From Pirellulales bacterium (GTDB lineage Bacteria; Planctomycetota; Planctomycetia; Pirellulales; PALSA-1355): a DNA stretch of 64,000 nucleotides. How positions within the stretch are numbered: the stretch's first letter is position 1; each line of letters starts with the position of its first letter. This document shows, one piece after another, positions 20,622-31,778 of this stretch. The stretch lies in the NCBI GenBank assembly GCA_963733035.1, contig CAVTBU010000005.1, forward strand, positions 2,368,001 through 2,432,000, in the 5' to 3' direction. The notes below the pieces were generated by a model. That model was not told the origin of the DNA. It saw only the letters and a list, made by a program, of their open reading frames with translations, and ran no database searches. The translations under genes and the position numbers were made by a program.

Positions 20622-21686
20622 ATGTCAGATGGCACAACGGGTTGCCGACGCGTTGCCGCGTGGGGCGTCTTATCGATCGCGGCATGGCTGGGCTGCCTTT
20701 CGGCAGCGCGGGCCGAAGACGTCGTCTATTTGAAGGCGCCCGACGGTGCCCGCGGCGGACAGCTGCGCGGCAAGGTGGTCGACTACACCGGCCGCGAACT
20801 GCGGTTGCAGAGCGCCGCTGGCCGCGAGCGCCGCATTCCGGCGGCCCAGGTCGAGCGCGTCGAGACCGAGCACAGTCTGGAGGAGTCGGCCGGCGATCGG
20901 CTGATGGAGCGGGGCGACTTTCGCGGCGCGATCGACCGCTATCGCCAGGCCCTGGAAACGGCGCGCGAGCCGCGCGATTGGGTGCGCCGCCAGATCCTGG
21001 CGCGGACAATCTGGTGTCAGCGCAATCTGGGCGACTGGGATCAGGCCGGCGAGTACTTCCTGATCTTGCTGGGGAGCGATCCGAGCACGCCGGACTTCGA
21101 TTGCCTGCCGCTAGTGTGGATCGATGAACCGTTGCGCCCGGAATTGCAACGCAAGGCCGAGGCCTGGCTCAACGACGAGCAGCAGCCCGCGGCCGTGTTG
21201 ATGGGTGCCAGCCATTTGCTCTCCACGGCTAAGCGACCCGCGGCGCTCGAGAAGCTGCGCGGCTTGCTCGGCAGTTCCGATCCGCAGATTGCCTGGCTCG
21301 CCTACGTGCAGCTCTGGCGGGCCGGCGCGAACAACGCCACGCCCGAGCAACAGCGAAGCTTCGCGCGCCGCATCGACGCCAACGACGAGCGCCTGCGCGC
21401 CGGGGCCTATTTCGTGCTGGGGCAGTCGCTGGCCGAGCAGCAGCCCGAAGAGGCAGCACTCGCCCTGATGCGGCTACCGGTGCAGTACGACCGGGAGTAT
21501 CGGCTGGCGGCCGCGGCCCTGGTGGCCGCGGGAAGCTGCTTGGAGCGGCTCAGACGGCCGGCACAAGCCGCGGGGCTCTATCGCGAGGTGGACGAGCGGT
21601 TCTCGCAGTCTGGCGAAGCCGCCCAGGCGCGGCAACGGCTCGAGCGACTGGCCTCGCCGAGCGCGGTGCACGACAATGAACCGTAG
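20622..21686 (+). CDS. Secreted TPR-like protein
   Basis: Signal peptide; small beta domain then helical repeats, ending AAGLYREVDERFSQS. Confidence 0.75.
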   Translation: MSDGTTGCRRVAAWGVLSIAAWLGCLSAARAEDVVYLKAPDGARGGQLRGKVVDYTGRELRLQSAAGRERRIPAAQVERVETEHSLEESAGDRLMERGDFRGAIDRYRQALETAREPRDWVRRQILARTIWCQRNLGDWDQAGEYFLILLGSDPSTPDFDCLPLVWIDEPLRPELQRKAEAWLNDEQQPAAVLMGASHLLSTAKRPAALEKLRGLLGSSDPQIAWLAYVQLWRAGANNATPEQQRSFARRIDANDERLRAGAYFVLGQSLAEQQPEEAALALMRLPVQYDREYRLAAAALVAAGSCLERLRRPAQAAGLYREVDERFSQSGEAAQARQRLERLASPSAVHDNEP

Positions 21687-21734
21687 GGCGCGGCGAGCTG
21701 TCATCCCTTGTCTGTCCACTCGAGCCATGACATT

Positions 21735-24228
21735 GTGAATCGCAAGCACCGCCTTTTCGGGCGAAAGATGTCCATCGTTGGGCTGGTCGTCGCCCTGGTG
21801 GCGCTGGCGGCGCGTGGTCGGGCCGAATCGTACGACGCGCAGTATCTCGACGGCCTGCGGCAGCGGCGGCTGTACGAGTTGGCCGAGAAGTACTGCGCCG
21901 ACCGTCTCGACGACGAAGCGCTCGGCGATGCGCGGCAAGCGGGGCTCACGATCGAGCTGTCGCGCACGCTGGCCGAGCACGCCTTGAATGCCTCGGCAGC
22001 CGATGCCCCGGCGCTGTGGCAACGAGCTCGACAGGTGCCCGATCGGTTTGCCGACCGCCATGCCCGCTCGCCGCAATTGCTGCTCGTCCGCTTACAAGGC
22101 CAGCTCGCGTTGGCGGCACAGGGTGAAGCCGCCCGCCAGGTTGCCAGCGATCAGGATGATGTCCAGGCGACGGGTGACGCCCGCGCCGTGTTGCGCGAAG
22201 CCATCGCGGGTTTGGAGGCGCTCGACGGCCAAATTGCGGATCAACTGCGGCAAAGCCGTGCGCCAGCCAGCCGCGACGGGCTGTCGACCGCCGAGTTGCA
22301 GTCGCTGCAAATGAACGTGCAGCTTGAACTTGCTCGCACCTTGCGCAATCAGGCGCTTTGTTATCCAGAAGGGAGTCCCGATCGGATCAACGCGTTGGTG
22401 CGCGCCGGCGAAGCGCTTTCGGCGGTGATGCGGCCTAACGAGCGGAGCATGCTTACCTGGTCGGCCGAACTGGAAGAGGTCGCCCGCCAGCGACTGCTTG
22501 GCGAGTATTCGACGGCCGCCCGCAAGTTAGACGAACTCGATAAGACACAGCCGCCGCCGTCGATCGCCCAGCAAATTCGCGCCGAACGGATGCGGTTGGC
22601 GCTGGCTCGCGATCGCGTGGACGACGCGCTGGCCGAAGCCGGCACGGCCGCCAACATGCCACACGGTCCGGAGGTCGACTTTGCGCGGCTAGAAACGCTG
22701 CTGGCCGCGGCGCATCGCGCTCGCGAGCGGCGGCAGGCCGAACGTTCCGCCGAGTGGCAAAGTCGAGCCGTGCAGCAGGCCCAGGCGATTGGCCGCACAT
22801 ACGGGGCTCACTGGATGCGCCGGGCGGAGTCCTTGTTGGCACGCTCGGTGGCAAGTGCCGACGGACCGCAGACCGCCGACACGCTGAGCTTCGCCGCCGC
22901 CGGTTACTACCGCGGAGGACAATTCGACAAAGCCATCGCGGCCTTCGACGAAGCTGCGCGAAAGGCTCGCGAGGCCAAGCACTCGAAGCCGGCGTTTGAT
23001 GCGGCCTATTCCGCCGCCACGATCGAAAAAGAGCGAGGCAACTTTCGTGAGGCGCTCGAACGCTATCGCCGGCTGGCGCTCGACGCGAAAGACGAAGATC
23101 GGGCCGCGGCGGCACACTTGCTCGCGATCTACTGCGCGGCACAGCTCGCGCAAGCTTCGCGCCCTCCGAATCTCGACCAATACGAAACACTGCTGCGCGA
23201 GCACGTCGACACCTGGCCGAGTGCTGCCACGAGCGCGCAAGCTTATAGTTGGTTGGGGCGGCTCGACGAGCATCGGGGAGCGTGGCAAGCGGCCATCGAC
23301 TGGCTGGTACGCGTGCGGCCGGGCAATCCGCAATACGCCGAAGCCGTGGCGGCCATCGGCCGTTGCTACGAAGGCTGGCTGGGCGAACTGCACGCGCGCG
23401 ACCAAGATGGTCAGCGGCTGGCGAACGACGCACTGGCCGCGTTGGAAGGCATCACCGGCAATGCACGTCCCAATGATGCCACGCGCGCCGCCACGCTGTC
23501 TGCCGCGCGGATCTGGTTGCTCGAATTGCCCAATGGCGCGGTGCCGGCCGAACGGCTGCTGCGCGGTGGGCTCGAAACCGACGCGTCGGCGCCCCCCGGC
23601 TGGCAGACCGAGGCGCGACGCTGGCTCGTGCCGGCGCTGGCAATGCAAGGCAAAGGCGGACAAGTCGATCAGGTGCTCGACGCAATTCGCTCCTCGCCGG
23701 CCGAAACGCTCGCGGTGCTCGCCGCGCTGGCCGCGGTGCGCGAGCGGCATGCCGGTGACGAAGCCCGCAAACTGGCCCAAATGGAACTCGACATCGAAAA
23801 CCGCCAGCTCAATCGGGCCAGCCGCACTCGACGGCGATACGCTTCGTGCGGTGCGCCGCCGTCGGGCGATCACGCTGGCGGAAACCGGCCAGCGCAAACA
23901 GGGGCTCACCGACTTGCAGAACCTGGCCCACGAATTCCCTCGCGATGGACAGACTCACGAAGACATGGCCCGACTGCTGGCCGCCGGCAACGACGCCGAC
24001 GTGCGCGCGGCATTGACCGCCTGGACCGAAGTGGCCCGCAAGAGCCGCCCCGGCACGGCCCGTTGGTTCCGCGCGTACTGCGGGCTGGCCGGCACGCAAC
24101 TGAAGTTGGGCCAGCGGAACGAGGCGCGGGCCACGCTGCAAGCCGTGGCCCAGCGTTTCCCCGAGCTCGGAGGCCCGCAAATGCGGCCGCGTTTCGAGAA
24201 GCTGTTGGACGAAGCCGGTGGCGGCTAG
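21735..24228 (+). CDS. Large secreted TPR-like protein, one frameshift near 23815
   Basis: YLDGLRQRRLYELAE N-terminus; Ala-rich helical repeats; coding sense continues in the frame of ORF 22996-24228 (…FPELGGPQMRPRFEKLL); start uncertain. Confidence 0.72.
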
Positions 24229-24321
24229 TAGCTGCTTCCGACCGGGGTCGGGTACTTGGTGATCGGTGGTCGTTGCGCTCGCGAAGTAGATGGTTTGCCT
24301 CTCTTTGACCCCAAGACTCGG

Positions 24322-25455
24322 TCACGGCGCGTAGATTTCGCAGCTCGACAGATACCTGCCGACGTAGTGGCCGCCGGCAATCAGCACCCGGCCGTTTTTC
24401 AACATGATCGCGCGGTGTCCGTTGCGGGCTTGTTTGAGCTTACCGGCGTTGCTCCACGTGCCTCGTTGTGGGTCGAACAGCTCCGCGGAGCTTCGCGCCC
24501 CAATCGGAGCAAAGGCGCCTCCGGTCGCCAACACTTGTCCGTTGGAGAGCAGCGTAGCCGTGGGGCCCCAGCGGGCCTCGTGCAGCGGGGCGACTGCCGT
24601 CCACTTTTCAGTCCGAGGATCAAACACTTCGACCGCGCTGAGCTGCTTGTTGCTTTTGGCCATGCGTGCCATGCCGCCAACGACCAGTACCCTCCCGTCC
24701 GACAGTCCTATCGCTGCTAGAGAGCGACGGGCAACGAGCATTGGCGCGGTTTCGCGCCAGCGGCCCGTGCGCGGTTCGTAAATCTCGGCGCTGTTGAGCA
24801 CGCGCCCTTCATCGCTGTCGAAGTTTCCGCCGACGACCAGCACGCGCCCGTCGTCTAGTCGTACGGCACCATGATTGAAACGGGGTATGGCCATCGCGCC
24901 GGTTTCGGTCCAGGTACCCGAGACCTCGTCATACAATTCGGCGGAGGCGTGCACCTGTCCGGTGAGCCAGTCGATCCCTCCGGCGACCAGCACCTTGCCA
25001 GGCGCAAATTGCGTTGCCGAGTGAACGCAACGGGGCACGTGCATTTCACCGGTGATGGTCCACTTGCCAGTTGTGTAATCGTAGAGCTCGGCTTCATGGA
25101 CCGAACGGTTCGCGGTGCCGCCGCCGGCCAGAAGATACTTGCCACCGGCCAGCGCGATCAGTCCACCGGGCTGCACGCCGTTGCGCGGCACGGAAAGCGA
25201 GCCGGTTGGAGTCCAGGCGTTCTTTTGTGGATCGTACAACTCGGCGCTGGCCAGACTCTTGCCCGACAACGGATGGCCGCTGACCGCCAGCACTTTTCCG
25301 TCGGGCATCACGGCCAGTCCCGGGTACTCGCGCGTCACTTGCATCGGCGCGGCCGCCTGCCACTGGCCCGCCAGCACGGCGGATGAGAAAGCCCAAAGTG
25401 CAACGAAGCAAAGCACATTGACTCTCGCAAAAATCGGGCATGTCGGCCTGATCAT
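24322..25455 (-). CDS. Secreted Kelch-repeat beta-propeller protein
   Basis: About 7 repeats of R..H.A..L.DGRVLV.GG...SAELYDP...W; signal peptide. Confidence 0.9.
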   Translation of the reverse strand: MIRPTCPIFARVNVLCFVALWAFSSAVLAGQWQAAAPMQVTREYPGLAVMPDGKVLAVSGHPLSGKSLASAELYDPQKNAWTPTGSLSVPRNGVQPGGLIALAGGKYLLAGGGTANRSVHEAELYDYTTGKWTITGEMHVPRCVHSATQFAPGKVLVAGGIDWLTGQVHASAELYDEVSGTWTETGAMAIPRFNHGAVRLDDGRVLVVGGNFDSDEGRVLNSAEIYEPRTGRWRETAPMLVARRSLAAIGLSDGRVLVVGGMARMAKSNKQLSAVEVFDPRTEKWTAVAPLHEARWGPTATLLSNGQVLATGGAFAPIGARSSAELFDPQRGTWSNAGKLKQARNGHRAIMLKNGRVLIAGGHYVGRYLSSCEIYAP

Positions 25456-25627
25456 GGTCGCACCTTGCAGTAGTAGTGACGATTCACGTGCAGCCGTAGG
25501 CGGCTGCATTGTCTGTCAGGCACGCGTGCGAGACAAGCAATCGCGGCGACGAGTGCGTGTCCGAATTGCAAGCAGAACGCCTGATTTTAGACGGCTCACG
25601 GCGTGAGCCTGCTCGATTTTGGCGATC

Positions 25628-25795
25628 CTACTCTTCGGCCTTTGACTCTTCCACGGCTTCCAACACGGTAACCGCGGCCTTGGCCATCAGATGTCTGATG
25701 CCGTGGGGCAGCGCGTGGGGGTAATGCTTGCGAAGCACTTCGGCGATGGCCCGCTCGCAGGCTTCCTCGAGTTCGCGGACTTCATTGTGGTCCAT
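25628..25795 (-). CDS. Small hypothetical protein (55 aa)
   Basis: GAGGAG RBS; helical MDHNEVRELEEACERAI...HLMAKAAVTVLEA. Confidence 0.7.
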   Translation of the reverse strand: MDHNEVRELEEACERAIAEVLRKHYPHALPHGIRHLMAKAAVTVLEAVEESKAEE

Positions 25796-25997
25796 GCTGC
25801 TTATTTCTCCTCGCTGCGCAGTCGGTTCGGTTCGCAAAAAGTTGCGTGCGTCGAACAGGTTTCCCGGCGGTTTGCGATCCGGCTGAACCGTGAAAACGGT
25901 TGACTTATAATACGCCATTGTGCTCGCGTCGTCCCTTGCGTTTCGTCTCCGCACGGTTCTCGCCCTTTCCGAAACCTACCAGCAGGTCACGACCAAG

Positions 25998-26466
25998 ATG
26001 CTTCGTTTTTCTCGCCGTGCGACGGCAATCGCTGCTGGGTGTTGGCCGCTCGCGTGCGCTTGCTGCGCCCGGGCAAAAAAAAAGTGGATTCCCCAGCTGA
26101 ATCAACACTTCAACGATCCGGCGCAAGGTATCGCGCCGTGGACGCGGCAGCACTCAAGTTGAATTCGACGAGATGATCCCCCAGACGATCTTGGCGCATT
26201 AGCCGCTGTCCATGCTGATCCAATGCGTGGATGACAAGCATGTGCGGCTCGGTTTCAGGGCCCGCGATGACGAAGCCTGGTTGCTGTCGCGCCCCGATGA
26301 TGTCTCGCCACTGCTGCACGGACCGATTGGAGCGTTCGGCATGCACTGCTGGAGCACCACGATCGGCAAGATGTATGGCGCGCCGGCTGGTAGTCCGATG
26401 TCCCAGAAGTTCCTGATCGATTACGTCCACTACCGATACGGACTGTCCGCGGGGCGGAACGATTGA
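25998..26466 (+). pseudogene. Probable remnant of a secreted protein gene (internal deletion/frameshift)
   Basis: Signal-peptide-like start plus KWIPQLNQHFNDP in one frame; protein-like C-terminus (MLIQCVDD...FLIDYVHYRYGLS) in another. Confidence 0.4.
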
Positions 26467-26472
26467 TCCCTC

Positions 26473-26733
26473 TTATTCGACTTCGACCACTTTTCCCGAG
26501 ACCGAAACTTCGACTTCGCGAATTTTGCCGTTGGGCATCTTGCCCCGGATTTCAAACACGTCCTCGCCGTTGACCTGAATCTTGCGGGCGCTTTCGAATT
26601 TGACGTCGGGCAACGTCTCCTCGGCAACTTTGACCAGCTGCGGTTCAATTTCGGCGATGGGCACGAACTGATTCGGCGCACTCTGTTTAGCACCACAACC
26701 TGCCAGCAGAATTAAAAGCAACGCGTATCGCAT
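26473..26733 (-). CDS. Small PepSY-like lipoprotein
   Basis: Lipobox LLAGC; FEIRGK...REVEVSVSGKVVEVE; directly downstream of a DUF1559 gene. Confidence 0.8.
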   Translation of the reverse strand: MRYALLLILLAGCGAKQSAPNQFVPIAEIEPQLVKVAEETLPDVKFESARKIQVNGEDVFEIRGKMPNGKIREVEVSVSGKVVEVE

Positions 26734-26741
26734 GGTCGTAC

Positions 26742-27665
26742 CTAAAACTGTTCTTCGATTGATTCATCGCCGGCACGGGTGGAAAGGGCTTCGAACACCT
26801 TGGGATCCATCTCGGGGGTCAGGAACGCGACGTGCGCGTCGGCAAAAACGAAATTAACGCCGCCCGAATGCCGGCTATAGAACATATCCGTTTCGCCAGT
26901 CGGATCACCCGGGCTTTTGTGCTCGCCCGACTGGCCGAGCACCATCGTGGAGCCGTGTTCCACTTCGAAGGTGCCGATGCCGTCATTGTCTCCTGGCCCC
27001 GGTGCCAAGAGGGCATCCGTCAAAGATCCCAACCAGGTGGCTTCTCCCAGCAAATGCGAACGTTCGCCGACGGCAATCGTGTGTGAAGTGCCGTCGGTGA
27101 TTTCGCGGAAGCGAACATGGCTGTTTCGAAAGAAGAGTCCCGAACCGTCAATGCCGGGTTCGGCATTCCCGAACATACCGACGTAATTGGCCGAAGCCAC
27201 ATCGCAAATTTTGTTTGCCGGATCAATCGTGCCAACCTCGTTGTAAGCGGGCCAGGTTGGTACGATGTTGTCGGATGGGCACAGGTAGGTCGAGACAAGC
27301 GTGGTTCGAATCGCCGCGTTGGCCGGGTCTTCAATCGGACGAGTAAAGTCGATGCGCCCGCGGATTGCCGTCTCTTCCAATTGACTCAGAAGCAGGGCGG
27401 CCCACCCCCAACCTGGACCGGTGTCCGTCCCGTCTGCCGTGAAGTTCGAGATATAACCGGACGGAAGCGAACGACTGGCGCTTTCATAGTTTTGCAGTGC
27501 GACGCCAATCTGGCGAAGGTTGTTAACGCAGGAAGTACGGCGGGCCGACTCACGGGCGGCTTGGATAGCGGGTAGCAGAAGCCCAACCAGCAGGCCAATG
27601 ATGGCGATCACGACCAGCAATTCGATGAGGGTGAATCCCCCACGACGATCTGATTTCCGCTTCAT
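26742..27665 (-). CDS. DUF1559 prepilin-type N-terminal cleavage/methylation protein
   Basis: [14 protein letters not shown]...[31 protein letters not shown]9-DA variant of H-X9-DG. Confidence 0.95.
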   Translation of the reverse strand: MKRKSDRRGGFTLIELLVVIAIIGLLVGLLLPAIQAARESARRTSCVNNLRQIGVALQNYESASRSLPSGYISNFTADGTDTGPGWGWAALLLSQLEETAIRGRIDFTRPIEDPANAAIRTTLVSTYLCPSDNIVPTWPAYNEVGTIDPANKICDVASANYVGMFGNAEPGIDGSGLFFRNSHVRFREITDGTSHTIAVGERSHLLGEATWLGSLTDALLAPGPGDNDGIGTFEVEHGSTMVLGQSGEHKSPGDPTGETDMFYSRHSGGVNFVFADAHVAFLTPEMDPKVFEALSTRAGDESIEEQF

Positions 27666-27893
27666 TTTGACTTCCTTGGGGACCCGCTGAGTTTACCGCA
27701 GGGCGTGTACTCGCGTAAGTTTAAATGACCGTCGCAGCGTCTTGCCACAGGGAAACGACAAAGTCTTTGAAATGCGATAATCGCGATCATGCTTTGGGCA
27801 GCTCCAAAATGTGAGCATCTGATTAGCCATTTGTTCAAGTAGCAGTTCGGTAGCCCCATCATTCAATCGGCAAGTCGACCGAGGGAGGAAACC

Positions 27894-28391
27894 ATGACAG
27901 CCAAGTTGAACTTCGTCCGGCAGCAGGGGTTCCAAGATGCGTCGGCTGAAAGTTGCAGCTATCAATATCCGGCCTTGATGTGGCAACCCCGTGCGATGGC
28001 GGTGCTGGTTTTGATCGGCTTATGGTTTCAGGCCTGGCCGTACTTCCTGGTTTTGTCGGCGATTCTCTGGTGGAACGTAGTCTTCCCATCCCTCAATCCG
28101 TTCGATGCTCTCTACAATCTTGTGGTGGCCAGGCCCCAGGGCTCGCCGCGGTTGACTCCGGCGCCCAGCCCGCGCCGGTTCGCTCAGGCGATTGCCGGCA
28201 CCTTCATGCTCGCGATCGGTCTGTCGCTGCGGTTCAACATCATCTACCTGGCGTGGGCGTTTGAGGCACTGTTGCTCGCCGCGCTGAGCGCATTGATTTT
28301 TGGCGGCTTCTGCCTGGGCTCCTACCTGTTTTGGATTTTCGCGAGGCAGTCCGGCTTCGCCAACCGAACGCTCCCGTGGTCTCGCAACTAG
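27894..28391 (+). CDS. DUF4395-like membrane protein
   Basis: GGAGG RBS; PRRFAQAI and FGGFCLGS motifs; 4 TM segments. Confidence 0.8.
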   Translation: MTAKLNFVRQQGFQDASAESCSYQYPALMWQPRAMAVLVLIGLWFQAWPYFLVLSAILWWNVVFPSLNPFDALYNLVVARPQGSPRLTPAPSPRRFAQAIAGTFMLAIGLSLRFNIIYLAWAFEALLLAALSALIFGGFCLGSYLFWIFARQSGFANRTLPWSRN

Positions 28392-28589
28392 AAAATCGTG
28401 TCGGCCTCTACCGAGTCGAAGCCACCGGTTGTCTCGACGCTTGACCGTCCATGTCTAGTCCTGCGCGTCGAGCGGCGAGAAAATCGCCATGTGCGACCAA
28501 AATATGGCCGCCTTGTTTTGGCACAGTAAATTTGGGTTTTGTGTGACAAAAACCCAGTCACCTCCGCAATCTTTAGCGCGAGCCCGAGC

Positions 28590-29552
28590 ATGCAAAGCGT
28601 TCGTCCCTCAAATGGTTTCACCCTCGTCGAATTGCTAGTGGTGATTGCGATCATCGGCGTGCTGGTGGCGCTGCTATTGCCGGCCATTCAGGCGGCGCGT
28701 GAATCGGCGCGGCGGACGCAGTGCCAGAACCACATGCGACAGTTCGTGCTGGCGTTTCAAAACTTCGAGAGCGTCAAGCGACGGTTCCCCCTGGCGTATA
28801 CGAACCCCAGCACCGCCAAGAACAATTGGGCGCCGTTTGTGATGCCCTTCCTCGAGGAAGAGAATCTGATTCTCGGCTACGACGTCAACAAGGATTGGTG
28901 GCTCGATCCGAACAAGGATATTGTCGCCACGCAAATGTCCATCGTGCAATGCCCGTCGACGGCCGAACCCAACCGCATTCAGGATAAGCCCCAGGCAACG
29001 CCGCCCAACAAGGTCGGAGCGTGCGGCGATTATTTTACGCCAGCCGGCGTGCACCCCGACATCAATCTGACGCTATCGCCCGACGCACAGATCGACATCA
29101 GTGGCGATTTACGAGGGGCGATCTGCGGGTACAGCACCAAGAATCAGCGCAACCGCCTGGCCGACATTACCGACGGCACCGCGCAGACCATTCTGCTCGG
29201 CGAATGCGCTGGACGCGAGGACGTGTGGCGGCGCGGGGCCAAATCGGCCGTTCAATACACCGGTTCGCCTCGCGTCCGGGCGCGGGGCGGCGCGTGGGCC
29301 ACCACCGACAATCCCTACGAGATTGGTCAGACCAAAGCCTGGGACACCGCATTCGGCCCCATTCCGGGCACCATGGGCATCAACAATTCGAACGAATGGG
29401 GCCACTGCTTCTATAGTTTCCACCCGGACGGCGCGAACTTTGGTTTTGCCGACGGCTCGGTCCGTTTCTTAGGCGAACAAACAGGCCTACGACTGCTCGC
29501 CCGATTGGTCACCCGAAATGAAGGCGAGACGGTCGACGCAAGCGGGCTCTAG
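28590..29552 (+). CDS. DUF1559 prepilin-type protein
   Basis: [55 protein letters not shown]. Confidence 0.95.
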   Translation: MQSVRPSNGFTLVELLVVIAIIGVLVALLLPAIQAARESARRTQCQNHMRQFVLAFQNFESVKRRFPLAYTNPSTAKNNWAPFVMPFLEEENLILGYDVNKDWWLDPNKDIVATQMSIVQCPSTAEPNRIQDKPQATPPNKVGACGDYFTPAGVHPDINLTLSPDAQIDISGDLRGAICGYSTKNQRNRLADITDGTAQTILLGECAGREDVWRRGAKSAVQYTGSPRVRARGGAWATTDNPYEIGQTKAWDTAFGPIPGTMGINNSNEWGHCFYSFHPDGANFGFADGSVRFLGEQTGLRLLARLVTRNEGETVDASGL

Positions 29553-29732
29553 AGTAACCGCTTCGTTTCATTCTCTTAAGCCGTCGCGATAAACATTGAC
29601 ATGTGCGATTACGCACTATAGGCTGCGGGTGTTGACCGGGCGGGGATTCTCAACTTCTCGCAAAAGGTGGTCGAAGCGACCTGTCCGGGCAAGGAATCGA
29701 ACCGCGTAATCCAACTTTTCCAGACGGCGATC

Positions 29733-29933
29733 ATGGGCGAAACATCGGACCAAGATTCCCCCAGCGAACAAAGCCTGCGCACGGACTGGTCGCGGCGGCT
29801 CGACGGCAAGCGCCCGGTGTACGACTGCCCGAAGTGTGGCCAGAAGGCAATGCAGTACTTCACGCAGTCGCTGGAAGGTTATCGCGAAGATTATTTTCGC
29901 TGCCACGCCTGCGGATCGAACTGGGAAATGTGA
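29733..29933 (+). CDS. Small zinc-ribbon protein (66 aa)
   Basis: CPKC-X21-CHAC followed by GSNW. Confidence 0.65.
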   Translation: MGETSDQDSPSEQSLRTDWSRRLDGKRPVYDCPKCGQKAMQYFTQSLEGYREDYFRCHACGSNWEM

Positions 29934-29976
29934 ACGTCCGAGTGCAGGCCGGCTGATTTGCCGGCGCACGAGACGC

Positions 29977-30936
29977 TTATTCGAGGGGCGCCGCGGCCGG
30001 CAGACCCGGCGGCTTGACCGCGACCAGCGAACAGGGCACCTGACGGAGCAGACGCTCGGCGGTGCTTCCTAAAACAAGTCCTGGTTCGCGATCGCCGGCG
30101 ACGGTTCCGATCACCAGCAAGTCGATCTGCTGGTCTTCGATGTATTGCAGGATGACGGGTTCCGGGATGATCGAGCCGTCTTTAACATGCACCTCGATGT
30201 CGCCTGGAATCGTTTCGCCTAGTTGGCGGTGCAACTCGTCGGACAGAAACGTCTCGGCCCGATCGCTGATCTGCTTGTGGTAGCGATCAGAATCCGCCGT
30301 GGGGACGCCGGTAGTCCACAGCCGGTCCAACGGAAAGTCGACGACGTGCAAGAAATGCAGTCGCTGCACGCCCAACGACCGGAGCGCAAGCCCCATCTCG
30401 ATGACCCTCGGACACATCGTACCGACATCGACAGCGACCAGGACGTTACGCACATCGACTTCGGGTTTTGGCTTCACGACCCAAACCGGTCCGGGGCACT
30501 GACGAAGCAGATTCATGGCCGTGGTTCCGAACAGGAGGCGATTCATGGTGCCCACGTCGCGCGTGCCCACGATCACCAGGTCGTGCTCGCCGCGCATCGC
30601 CTCGTGCGTGATCTCGAGCCAGCCCTTGCCGTGGACAAGCAGCGGTTCGGCCTGCACTCCCGCTATTCGGGCGCGGTCGACCAACTTGTCCAACGCGGCG
30701 CGCGTCGTGTCGTCTGCCTGTTTTTGCAGCCGCTCGCTTTCACTCGAACTGAGCAGTGTGCGGAAGCCACCGGCCAACTCGATCGCGGCAAGAAACGTCA
30801 CCTTGGCCGAGCAATGCTGTGCCAGCCAAATCGAGCGCTCGATGGCGTGCTCGACGGGAGGTTTAAACGTTGGCTTTTCCGGATCGACAACCTGCGAAAA
30901 ATCGATGCCGACTAGAAGATTGTTGAATCGCTGCAT
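29977..30936 (-). CDS. Tandem-domain universal stress protein (UspE-like)
   Basis: Two USP domains: LLVGIDFS...DLVIVG...LLFGTTA..LLRQCPGPVWVVK and DLLVIG...LGSTAERLL. Confidence 0.9.
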   Translation of the reverse strand: MQRFNNLLVGIDFSQVVDPEKPTFKPPVEHAIERSIWLAQHCSAKVTFLAAIELAGGFRTLLSSSESERLQKQADDTTRAALDKLVDRARIAGVQAEPLLVHGKGWLEITHEAMRGEHDLVIVGTRDVGTMNRLLFGTTAMNLLRQCPGPVWVVKPKPEVDVRNVLVAVDVGTMCPRVIEMGLALRSLGVQRLHFLHVVDFPLDRLWTTGVPTADSDRYHKQISDRAETFLSDELHRQLGETIPGDIEVHVKDGSIIPEPVILQYIEDQQIDLLVIGTVAGDREPGLVLGSTAERLLRQVPCSLVAVKPPGLPAAAPLE

Positions 30937-31121
30937 AACTGGAGTTCCCGCCCGCGCGTTGAGCCGAGTCGCCTCCTCCATTGTACCACTACCGAGCACA
31001 GCGACATCAAATCGTTCAATCGACACTGCGCTTGACGAACACGGAAGAAAGGAAAGTTGAGACGTCTATGCCACGTCGCACAACACGCACCTGGCACGGG
31101 GAGTCAAAATTTTGGATTAAC

Positions 31122-31160
31122 CAAAAGAGAAATGCCCGGGCAGACTCGCCACCCGGGCAC
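31122..31160 (-). terminator. Intrinsic terminator downstream of 31197-31565
   Basis: TGCCCGGG/CCCGGGCA stem followed by TTTCTCTTTT on the minus strand. Confidence 0.6.
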
Positions 31161-31196
31161 TCCTGGCAACCATCTTTTCTCTCCCCGAGTGGCCGC

Positions 31197-31565
31197 TTAC
31201 CACGGGCCGCGGATGTAATAGTAGCCGAATTGTCGGGTGTCGCTGGGGATTTGCGGCGTGGGGAGGAAGCCGTACGGGGTCCATTTGCCGTTGGGCCAGG
31301 GACGCTGGAACTGGTGGTCGTTGCGGGTCATGCGCGACGAGACCGAACCCCAGCCGTAGTCGGTCGTCAGTTCGGCGGTCGGCGGCACGACGATGGCCAC
31401 GGCCTGCCCGTACTGCACGTTGTAGTAGCGGCCGTGCCAGGGGCGAAGGCTGGCGCGGTATCGCGCGTTGTGGCCGTGATGCGTTTCATCATACGCCTCG
31501 ACGCGCGCCGCCGAAGCGAGCGCCGCGGCGACCATTGCCACGAAGAACACTTTGCGAAGGAACAT
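31197..31565 (-). CDS. Small secreted aromatic/Pro-rich protein
   Basis: Signal peptide; PWHGRYY, VVPPTA, YGWG, PSDTRQFGYYYIRGPW. Confidence 0.8.
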   Translation of the reverse strand: MFLRKVFFVAMVAAALASAARVEAYDETHHGHNARYRASLRPWHGRYYNVQYGQAVAIVVPPTAELTTDYGWGSVSSRMTRNDHQFQRPWPNGKWTPYGFLPTPQIPSDTRQFGYYYIRGPW

Positions 31566-31778
31566 GGATGGGATCCTTGTGTCGGGTGTGCTTTCAAAGC
31601 GCCCGGCCGCTCCTGGAGGTCTGCGAGCGGCCGAGCGCCGGAGGAGGAATGCGGAGGTATTTCGCTGCGCTGTGCGCGGTGATTTGGTTTGAGTGGGCGA
31701 GTCGCCGCGGGGGGCGATCGGTATGCGGCGATCTCAAAACAAGCGGCCTAATGGCCCCGGGCATTCGTTTCCTGGGTA

